DNA of 35,666 nt, taken from positions 1 through 35,666 of IMG/VR virus record IMGVR_UViG_3300045918_000224; one strand, given 5' to 3'. A program made the position numbers and the translations under genes. Position 1 is the stretch's first letter. Each line of letters begins with the position of its first letter. Source of the DNA: a virus (Duplodnaviria; Caudoviricetes). Positions 17,895-25,081 of this stretch are shown one piece after another. The notes under the pieces were generated by a model that was not told the origin of the DNA, made no database searches, and worked only from the letters and a program-made list of their open reading frames with translations.

Positions 17895-18445
17895 AGCGGA
17901 AGCACCTTGCGATAATTGTTTAATATTGTCTTGACACTGGCGGGCATGTCTTTCACATCAAATGAAATCGTTTCACCGCCAATAGACTTGGAATTCTCCC
18001 CTATACGCTGACGCTCTTTATACCGGATGCTGAGCAACTCAATACAACATTGCTCTATTTCAGGCGGGGTCGTTGCGTAGCCAGCTGTGTAAGTGAGTGT
18101 GACATTCATTATGCCTTGCGTGAACAAATAACCAACTAAATAAATAAACTTCCCATCAGTGACGTATCCTGCCGAAACACCATCCGTTGATGCGGGGATT
18201 GAAAATGCACCTACCAGCACTGAATTTATTACAGCAGCGGGATAGTTACTTAACGCAATAGCATACGTGCCTGTACCGCTACGTCTTTCAGTATAGGATT
18301 GCAACGCAAATGAACGATTCAGCCATGATTGAATATACTGGCTGGTCGACGTAATCAACCGAGACAACAACACGTCATCGGATGTTGACGCTATATTCAG
18401 CCACGACTTCACGGCTGATAAGGTCGTCAGGTCTCCTTGCATCAC
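17891..18445 (-). CDS. Head-tail connector/adaptor
   Basis: LTTLSAVKSWL..DD.LL.RLI, YTAGY..PPEIEQ, P.SVK.IL..YR motifs. Confidence 0.88.
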   Translation of the reverse strand: MMQGDLTTLSAVKSWLNIASTSDDVLLSRLITSTSQYIQSWLNRSFALQSYTERRSGTGTYAIALSNYPAAVINSVLVGAFSIPASTDGVSAGYVTDGKFIYLVGYLFTQGIMNVTLTYTAGYATTPPEIEQCCIELLSIRYKERQRIGENSKSIGGETISFDVKDMPASVKTILNNYRKVLPL

Positions 18446-18636
18446 TCAGCGTCTTGATTGTTGGTAACGGGTGCTTGGCTTGGCTCAACTTCAGGGAGCA
18501 CAATAAAGCCTTGCCCCCACAATGCTGAGTGAACCAAACTATCGGGTATTTCAACAATGCCGTTCACAGGCTGGCAGATTGTGCCTTGCGCGTCTAATAT
18601 CGCGCCCGAAAAGTCCTTAGGGACTATGAGCTTCAT
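18442..18636 (-). CDS. Small head-associated hypothetical protein (64 aa)
   Basis: ATGA overlap at its start and 4-nt overlap with the adaptor gene; NGIVEIPD..GF pattern. Confidence 0.7.
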   Translation of the reverse strand: MKLIVPKDFSGAILDAQGTICQPVNGIVEIPDSLVHSALWGQGFIVLPEVEPSQAPVTNNQDAE

Positions 18637-18806
18637 GTCTGCTTCCCTTTCTTTGGTTCTGGTTTAATAGGCTCGGTTGTGAAACCAAACCCTAAAAATA
18701 ATTGTATCGCATCATCTGGTATATCCATTGCACCGGAGTCGTCAGATTGCATTTCAACGCCTCTAACTGAGACGCTTGTTACGCCTGCTGGAGCATACAT
18801 TTTCAT
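18633..18806 (-). CDS. Small head-associated hypothetical protein (57 aa), below the ORF-track cutoff
   Basis: MKMYAPAGVTSVSVRGVEMQSDDSGAMDIPDDAIQLFLGFGFTTEPIKPEPKKGKQT; AGGA RBS; TGA overlaps the next ATG. Confidence 0.8.
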   Translation of the reverse strand: MKMYAPAGVTSVSVRGVEMQSDDSGAMDIPDDAIQLFLGFGFTTEPIKPEPKKGKQT

Positions 18807-18818
18807 AAATCATGTCCT

Positions 18819-18847
18819 AAAATGGATCAGGTGGTTACACCTGATCC
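18819..18847 (-). terminator. Hairpin after the major capsid gene (weak terminator/attenuator)
   Basis: Perfect 10-bp stem GGATCAGGTG-TAAC-CACCTGATCC followed by ATTTT. Confidence 0.65.
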
Positions 18848-18870
18848 TAGTTTAGATTACGTTAGAGATT

Positions 18871-20376
18871 CTACCCGTTCGCAATATTACTGATCATACC
18901 GAAAGCTGGAGGGAAGTAATTCTGTAGCACTGAGTCAACATACACGCCATACTCGTACTTGCGGCTACGCAGAGGATATTCAATCTGGTAGTAGTCGCGG
19001 CGTGTACGAATCTGAAGCACGTTGCTTACGTTACTCAGTGGGTACGGAAGCGTGTCACAGAAGAACATGATCGTACCGGCCGGCATTTCAGGATGCAGGC
19101 GAATTGGAATTTCAGCCGCTCCGTCCATAGCATACTTGTTCAGATAGCTACGAACCATCGTACCGCCTGCCAATACACCTTGCTCACTATTAAACACGAA
19201 ACGCTGTGCAGAAGTCGAGGAAGCACTCAACACCTTCTTGCTAATGTTGGTCATTTCCTGACTGGACACATATATATCAGTTGGCGTCAGGCGGTAGTTG
19301 TCCCAGAATGCCTTGAGCGCAACGTCGATTTCCACAATGCCACCAGCACTGTCCGATGTCAAAGGAGTGCCGGTTCCGGCAGTTCCTGTAGGCATTGCCG
19401 TGTAGTAGCTGTTGTTGGCGGCAGTTCCAATCTGAGTCAACAGACCGTCATACACCAATGTGTTTTGCGAGTTGTCAGCAGTTAAAGCAGCCGCGGTGAT
19501 TGTTTGCGTACCGGTTGCAGCGGCAGTAATTGAAACACTGTTGATGCTTGTAACTGCGCCCAACGCTTCCGAACCTGACGTGCCCCAATACCATGCATAT
19601 CCAACAGCACCACGGACAGCTGCTACGGTTGCCGCGATAGAACCAGTCGAACCCGTGGTGGTTGCAGTTGCAGCAGCAGATTTTTGTGCGGCACCACCGC
19701 CATAAGTATCAGTCGAGCTGTCTGCATTGGTGCGAGTCACAGCACCGACAACACCTGACAACGAGCCTGCACCGCCTGCATTACGATAACCATCAAAGGC
19801 CAATGCAACACACACAACCGACCATGTCTGAGCAGCCAATGTACCACCAGTAGTGGAACCTACTAAAGTTGGAGTAGGAGTAGTGCCCAATGCCAAGGAG
19901 CTATTGCCGCCCAACACTGTGCGTTCTTCACCGATCATAATGCTCTTCAGCAAATTGGTAACATTGATGGAGCGTAAGTCATCAAAACCAGCGGCAGCCA
20001 AGTCAGCTTCAAAACTGACATTGTCGTCATAGCCGAGAGTGCGATACGCGGCAATGTAATCTTTGGTGGTGGTTGTGGTAATACCGCCGCGATTGCCTTG
20101 ACCAACACCTGCTGAGATACCAGCGGAGTTGATTGCTGTGATACCGCGCCAGTTGGCTTGGATGCCACCTTTACCACTTACACGCGGAATGCGTTTCAGC
20201 AAAGGGGTGATAACTGGGAACAGGAGCTTTGCACCAGCTTCCAAGTCATATTCTGTAATGCCGGATGTTGCGGTGCCGGATTGTGTCCAAGCCTTGCCGA
20301 GATTTTCTTGCTGTGATGCTTTGATCAGTTGCACTGTGGCAGCAGTTACAGCTGCGCGATTGATAGGGTCACTCAT
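18871..20376 (-). CDS. Major capsid protein with an inserted Ig/FN3-like domain
   Basis: 501 aa after protease-scaffold; strong RBS, structured leader and downstream hairpin; YDLE..AK.L.P..TPL..RIPR; C-terminal P.AFG.I.NI. Confidence 0.85.
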   Translation of the reverse strand: MSDPINRAAVTAATVQLIKASQQENLGKAWTQSGTATSGITEYDLEAGAKLLFPVITPLLKRIPRVSGKGGIQANWRGITAINSAGISAGVGQGNRGGITTTTTKDYIAAYRTLGYDDNVSFEADLAAAGFDDLRSINVTNLLKSIMIGEERTVLGGNSSLALGTTPTPTLVGSTTGGTLAAQTWSVVCVALAFDGYRNAGGAGSLSGVVGAVTRTNADSSTDTYGGGAAQKSAAATATTTGSTGSIAATVAAVRGAVGYAWYWGTSGSEALGAVTSINSVSITAAATGTQTITAAALTADNSQNTLVYDGLLTQIGTAANNSYYTAMPTGTAGTGTPLTSDSAGGIVEIDVALKAFWDNYRLTPTDIYVSSQEMTNISKKVLSASSTSAQRFVFNSEQGVLAGGTMVRSYLNKYAMDGAAEIPIRLHPEMPAGTIMFFCDTLPYPLSNVSNVLQIRTRRDYYQIEYPLRSRKYEYGVYVDSVLQNYFPPAFGMISNIANG

Positions 20377-20379
20377 TGT

Positions 20380-20454
20380 CTTTCCTTTCCAAGTCGCATC
20401 ACTGCGATAAATGTTTCGTCGAGAACCGCCCAGCGTCTCTCGACGTTAGGGCGG
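20380..20454 (-). promoter_or_regulatory. Structured capsid leader with two GNRA hairpins
   Basis: CCGCCC..CGTC-GAGA-GACG..GGGCGG (20426..20454) and TCGCA-GTGA-TGCGA (20394..20407), then TTGGAAAGGAAAGA, which is identical to the tube RBS region. Confidence 0.7.
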
Positions 20455-20499
20455 GTGATACAGGGGAGAGTTAATCTTCAGGGTTTGCACCCCACCATT

Positions 20500-21921
20500 T
20501 TATACCAACAACTTACGCCCACCAGCAGCGTGAATATTTTTCATTAGTGTGGCCGCTTCGTCTATGACACCGTTACGCATAACAGGTTCGACCTTATTGA
20601 CCACTTCATCAATCAGTGATGTGTCCAATTCCTTGCTAACAACACGCAGAATGCCTTTGCTCGGCAGCGGCATGGCTTCCAGTTCCTTGATGCGCTTGTT
20701 TAGCGGCTCAATGGCCGCGTCAATTGCCTTCTGTAACAGCTCAGGAGCGGCTTTCGATAAGTCATCAATTGATTCGAACTTAGCCGCATCAGACACAGCT
20801 TCTTGCTTAGCACACTGCGCACCCAAGCGGCCTGTCATATCATGCAACTTTTGGATGGTATCGGCATCAGCGGCGCTGTTGCGTGCGCCAACTTTAATCA
20901 ATTCACAAGCCAAACCGGCAGCCATTTGCATATTACCACTGACGTCTGTCATTGCATTATCGCTGTCAGCTAAATCAATTTCTTCCGCACCGGATGGGTT
21001 TGCTTGTGTTCCAATTCCAGATAGCAACTCCTCAATTTCTTCGCCTGCCATGTCTTTGTAAATTGAAGCTACTTCAGCACAGATTGCTTTCAGGCGGTCT
21101 GGGATTGGGGAATTGTCACCCTCATATTTAGCCTCCAATTGGGCGCTCTGTGTAAGGTAGTAAATCGTCTGTAGCACGTCACCGAGTTGCTTGACGTCAT
21201 GCATGCCCTTGCCTAAATCGGCATCTTCCGATTTATCTAAGTCATCTTCAGCTGGAGCTGTGCCGAGCGCAATTGATTTTTGCAATGCCGCGACAGCATC
21301 AGCAATCGACAAGCCGTTAGTGGCAAGCAGCTTCGCCAACGCATCGGCGTCTTCAGCTGTGCCTACAACTTCATATTCAATGTCCTTCTTTTCTAGGACT
21401 TCATCCGTGATCGCTGCCTTTTTTTCCTCCTGCAACGTGAACGCTTTTTGCATTACAGTGCCGTCGGCCTTCTGGATGTCAAAGAATTTAGCAGTTGGAA
21501 TGCAGGGACGGTCAACCAAACTGATTTCGTTTGGGATAGCTTCATAACGACGCAAGTCGCCATCCTGCCACTTCTCGCCGTATTTGCCGCCCATTGAGAA
21601 GCCCGTGTAACACCCTTCTAAAACTTTCTGCCACTCATTGTTGTCCACAATCTTCGCACAGACCTTGATGGACATAGCGGCATCATCGAAGTCGAGCCCG
21701 ACAGCCTTACCAGCAACTGTATTACCATGCATAGCTCGGATGTTACCGAGACTCGCACCATCTGTAGCCTTGCTCATTTCATCAGACCACGATTGAAAAT
21801 TTGGTTTGGACTTCTTATAGTCCATTATTTCACCAGCATGATCAGCTGTCTCTTGAGCAGCGATGCCAAACACTAAACGCTTTTCAACGTCTACCTTGGT
21901 TAATTGTGCGAATACTTGCAT
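20500..21921 (-). CDS. Prohead protease (XkdF/HK97-type) fused to scaffold
   Basis: KVD.EKRLVFG, IRAMH, TGFSMGG, EISLVDRP motifs, then an acidic helical tail. Confidence 0.88.
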   Translation of the reverse strand: MQVFAQLTKVDVEKRLVFGIAAQETADHAGEIMDYKKSKPNFQSWSDEMSKATDGASLGNIRAMHGNTVAGKAVGLDFDDAAMSIKVCAKIVDNNEWQKVLEGCYTGFSMGGKYGEKWQDGDLRRYEAIPNEISLVDRPCIPTAKFFDIQKADGTVMQKAFTLQEEKKAAITDEVLEKKDIEYEVVGTAEDADALAKLLATNGLSIADAVAALQKSIALGTAPAEDDLDKSEDADLGKGMHDVKQLGDVLQTIYYLTQSAQLEAKYEGDNSPIPDRLKAICAEVASIYKDMAGEEIEELLSGIGTQANPSGAEEIDLADSDNAMTDVSGNMQMAAGLACELIKVGARNSAADADTIQKLHDMTGRLGAQCAKQEAVSDAAKFESIDDLSKAAPELLQKAIDAAIEPLNKRIKELEAMPLPSKGILRVVSKELDTSLIDEVVNKVEPVMRNGVIDEAATLMKNIHAAGGRKLLV

Positions 21922-21935
21922 TGATGTCTCCTAGA

Positions 21936-22241
21936 TTAAACGGCAGCGCCGGTAGCCGGATTGCGCCATGCCGCGCCATCCCACACGATAATATATCCAA
22001 GCGTGCTGTCAAGGATAGTGGTTCCATCCTGATTGACTCCGAATGTCGGGCGTGTTGCAGTTGTGTAAACACCTTCAGCGGTGGTACGCATCCAACCATT
22101 CGCCTCAAGTATCTGAGTGTCAGACTCGGAAACGTCCAATGTTGAGCCGACAGCGCATGAGAATACACGTCCGTATGCTCGCACAGGGTTTAAACCTAGC
22201 GATGAGTTAGCAGGGGGAAGCATTCGATACAGTTCAGCCAT
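21936..22241 (-). CDS. Small virion protein (head fibre/decoration-like)
   Basis: 101 aa; TTATRP..DSTLGYIIVWDGAAWRN motif. Confidence 0.65.
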   Translation of the reverse strand: MAELYRMLPPANSSLGLNPVRAYGRVFSCAVGSTLDVSESDTQILEANGWMRTTAEGVYTTATRPTFGVNQDGTTILDSTLGYIIVWDGAAWRNPATGAAV

Positions 22242-22242
22242 G

Positions 22243-22482
22243 TTATGCTCCTAATAGTTGTGAGGTTCCACCGAGCTTCATGGCGCGGTACATTCCACGG
22301 GCAGTTTCTGCTGAGTGGGCTAAGGTTTTATGTTCAGCGTATAAAGGCGACAGGCTGCCGTCCTCGTTGCGCACGAACGTTGTTCTCGGTTTGGAAGACA
22401 GCTCAAAAAGACCATGCGACGGTTTGCCCACCGAAATGCGGCCAGCAAGTTTGCGAAGTCTTTTGCAGATCTTTGAGTTCAT
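22243..22482 (-). CDS. Hypothetical basic protein
   Basis: MNSKICKRLRKLA...; fills the operon gap; start at ATG 22482 or TTG 22491. Confidence 0.6.
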   Translation of the reverse strand: MNSKICKRLRKLAGRISVGKPSHGLFELSSKPRTTFVRNEDGSLSPLYAEHKTLAHSAETARGMYRAMKLGGTSQLLGA

Positions 22483-22500
22483 ATCGTTCAATTGGTTAGG

Positions 22501-22734
22501 TTACGTTCCAATTATGCCTTGACATTTTATAAAAGTCAAGTATTTGGAACGTCTTTCCCAGTCGTCTCTGCAATCTGTTGTGCAGAATCTGCTTCCTCCG
22601 GTGTGCTCTCCACATTCATAACAGCGTTCGCTTCTTGGTATTGGAATTCGCGCTGCTCTTTGAATGGCTTCAATATTCTCCATCCTGAACGCATCTTCAA
22701 CTTCGCTAGCATCATCTAATGTGTCCGCTCTCAT
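22501..22734 (-). CDS. TraR/DksA-like C4 zinc-finger protein
   Basis: ATG at 22734 (ATGA overlap); AD.LD.ASE.E helix, then CYEC..RFCTTDCRDDWE. Confidence 0.72.
   Translation of the reverse strand: MRADTLDDASEVEDAFRMENIEAIQRAARIPIPRSERCYECGEHTGGSRFCTTDCRDDWERRSKYLTFIKCQGIIGT
22511..22539 (-). promoter_or_regulatory. Sigma70-like promoter TTGACT-N17-CATAAT overlapped by a palindrome
   Basis: -35 at 22534..22539, -10 at 22511..22516; faces the protease/capsid genes. Confidence 0.6.
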
Positions 22735-23864
22735 TCTTCGCTCTGGTCGGTTATTGCAACACTTGAGCATCTGCAGTAGGGGTGCGCCAAAGGAGCGTCA
22801 TCCCCAGATTGAAACGCCTCGTCGATCGGTATAACGCCTTGCGCAGCGTTGGCGTTGCATTCGTCACTGACGATCTCGTCATCGGCAGTTATCCATTGCT
22901 TGCCAATTACAACCCCGCTTGATTTCCAAGCTGCTAAGTCACCCTTGCCGAGCGCGTTGCCTAATTCATAGCCTGCGATCAATGCGGCACGCTCTGGTGC
23001 GAATGCTCTGCTGTTGATTATGTTATCGGTCAGCGTTTCCTGATCCCAACCATCGTTCAGCGCTTGCATTACGGTGCCGCGCAGCATTGTGCGCGTTGAG
23101 TCTGGTATATTTGTAACAAGTTCTGCCGCTCTCGCCTCTGCATGGGCTACCGCCTCCTTGTTTACCAAGTTCATTTGCACTGTCATGCCGAGCTGGGCAA
23201 GAGAACTTAACCCCGCAGCATTAAATGCGGCTTCAATTTCCGGAGAAATTTCTTCTGAAACAACTGTTGCAAAGCCGTTAAGGTTCGTCTTATTCAAGAT
23301 GTCATCCGCGCTAATTTCTGTTTTGAGCAATGCGTGCGCCAAAGCAGATTTCTTGGCTGGCATTGCTTTCACGATCTGCTTGGCGATGCGCTTGCCTTCC
23401 TTGCGTAAGTACTCAGCCAATGTGGTGGTGAGTGCTTTTTGAGCCATGTCGATGGTGGAAAGAGGCGTTGACTCGACACGCTTCTTTTTGGCTTTCAACA
23501 AAGCAGTATGCGGAACAGATTTAACAGCTTCCACCACACCATGTGTGGTGTCGTGTATTTCAGGGGTAGTTGATGGTTCGTCTTCCGGAGCTTTATCTCC
23601 AAAATATAGCGCCATCGCTTCATCACTCGATAGCATCAGTTTCAGGATAACAGGGTTGCGATCCGCAGCCGTGCGTTTGCCGTCTGTATAACTCCACGAC
23701 CCGTCCGGGAACACATCAACGAGTTCGGACGTTCCATGTTTGCCACACAGCATGTGCCCGGTGATAGTAGATTCCCATGTGTCAAACCCCGCGGCATGCG
23801 CGGCGAATACCGACTGCCGGAATAAATCCTGATTCACAGCGTCTTGTGAGAGATAGAGTTTCAT
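22731..23864 (-). CDS. MuF/SPP1 gp7-like head morphogenesis protein with an extra N-terminal domain
   Basis: ATG at 23864 (ATGA overlap); RA.LIA..E, KQWITADD..S..C..N, PLAHPYCRC. Confidence 0.9.
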   Translation of the reverse strand: MKLYLSQDAVNQDLFRQSVFAAHAAGFDTWESTITGHMLCGKHGTSELVDVFPDGSWSYTDGKRTAADRNPVILKLMLSSDEAMALYFGDKAPEDEPSTTPEIHDTTHGVVEAVKSVPHTALLKAKKKRVESTPLSTIDMAQKALTTTLAEYLRKEGKRIAKQIVKAMPAKKSALAHALLKTEISADDILNKTNLNGFATVVSEEISPEIEAAFNAAGLSSLAQLGMTVQMNLVNKEAVAHAEARAAELVTNIPDSTRTMLRGTVMQALNDGWDQETLTDNIINSRAFAPERAALIAGYELGNALGKGDLAAWKSSGVVIGKQWITADDEIVSDECNANAAQGVIPIDEAFQSGDDAPLAHPYCRCSSVAITDQSEE

Positions 23865-25081
23865 TGCACTATTTCGCCCGTAATATGATAGGTGTACTCG
23901 CCCCACGCGTTTTTTGATTCCACACGGCTCGCCGCGGTAATGTTTATCCGGCTCTGCGGCTTGACGAGCATTTCGTGTTCAAATGTGTTCATCGTTTCAC
24001 TGAGGTCAATAGCTCGCGTTCCAGCAGGGGCGCGTAACGTGAAGTGTACGTTTCCAGGCCAGCCGAACGCTTGATGTGAGGTGGACATAATGCCTTCCTC
24101 CTTCAGCACCACGCCAGGTTTCAAATCATTCAATGACTGCAGTCCCGCCTGCTTCGCCATCACCTCCAGCGCCTGTTGTTTGATCGTGCGGAGAACGATG
24201 AGTTCATTCTTTGTCGGGGGCACGGCATCGAATGCACGTTGCAGGTTAAACAGGTGCGCCTGCGTATGCGGCTGTACTTGTGTGGCATCAGTCGCGAACC
24301 GGAACGCTTCATTGATCGCTTTGTAGGAGTTTCCTTTATAAGCCTGCAATGATTCCAGCAGCGCAGGGGGGAGTCCCTGCTCGGTCGCTGCGCCTTTGGT
24401 ACTAAACATAGCAAGCTTGGCACGCAGCGCATCGACCGCGTAAGTGGGAATATTCGCATGGTTAAGCGCGGCGGTGTCTTTCGGCGCGGCGGTGTCTTTC
24501 GGCGCGGCGGTGTTCTGTGAAAGACTGGTACCGATGCCCTCGACCGTAGTTCCTTTCCCGAGCAATTGTCCTGTCGCAGAAACATGCCCCCATGTCCCGG
24601 TTGATTCCTTGAACGATAGCTTCTCTCCCGTGGACTCGTTCTTGTAATACGTAATGCCTTGGTACGTACCCTCATGTGCGAAGCCGGGTTGTGATTCGAC
24701 CGCATTCTTAAAATTCGTGACGGTGATTGGCGTGCTTGTGACAGACGACGCTTTACCCGCCATGGCGTCCGCTTTCGCGGCTGCGTTGAACTTACCATAC
24801 GAATGTAATGCCACACCCACCGTATTCGGGTTGGCGGTAATACCCTTTGATGCGAGATGTGCGATCACGTTCGCAGATGAAGGTTTTGTCCCTGCTGTAT
24901 GCAAGGTCGCCGCAGCAGTCCAGATATCGTGACTCAACGTACCCGGCTTCGGCGCGGTCTTCCCGCCTTGAATTTTCTTGGCATCGGGCTTCAATCCGGT
25001 AAAAGTGAACTGCCCATGCTCGTCACGCGGGTGGTCGTCGGCGCTGAAGCCTGCTTTGCGCAGGACATCACGCAGAATCAC
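23861..25081 (-). CDS. Head-module protein with a C-terminal VIP2-like ADP-ribosyltransferase domain
   Basis: Y....Y..IN..R, VLR (24188), MSTS (24077..24085), P.GT.A, EHE (23972..23980); N-terminal HPRDEHGQF motif. Confidence 0.85.
   Translation of the reverse strand: MILRDVLRKAGFSADDHPRDEHGQFTFTGLKPDAKKIQGGKTAPKPGTLSHDIWTAAATLHTAGTKPSSANVIAHLASKGITANPNTVGVALHSYGKFNAAAKADAMAGKASSVTSTPITVTNFKNAVESQPGFAHEGTYQGITYYKNESTGEKLSFKESTGTWGHVSATGQLLGKGTTVEGIGTSLSQNTAAPKDTAAPKDTAALNHANIPTYAVDALRAKLAMFSTKGAATEQGLPPALLESLQAYKGNSYKAINEAFRFATDATQVQPHTQAHLFNLQRAFDAVPPTKNELIVLRTIKQQALEVMAKQAGLQSLNDLKPGVVLKEEGIMSTSHQAFGWPGNVHFTLRAPAGTRAIDLSETMNTFEHEMLVKPQSRINITAASRVESKNAWGEYTYHITGEIVQ
24466..24513. repeat. 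Perfect 18-bp tandem repeat, about 2.7 copies (encodes TAAPKD)
   Basis: gcgcggcggtgtctttcg twice, plus the first 12 bp of a third copy. Confidence 0.95.

Noticed and set aside
22519-22547. Plus-strand promoter from the perfect TTGACA at 22519
   Set aside because: No acceptable -10 box at 16-18 bp spacing; explained as one arm of the palindrome.
2903-23906. ORF-track upstream starts at 3115, 5536, 12444, 15860, 22770 and 23906
   Set aside because: They overlap upstream genes extensively; coupled ATGs at 3082, 5485, 12396, 22734 and 23864, or the frameshift, fit better.
24160-24816. 218-aa alternative-frame ORF inside the ART gene
   Set aside because: Arg/Pro/Ser-rich shadow of GC-rich codons; no recognisable motif or RBS.
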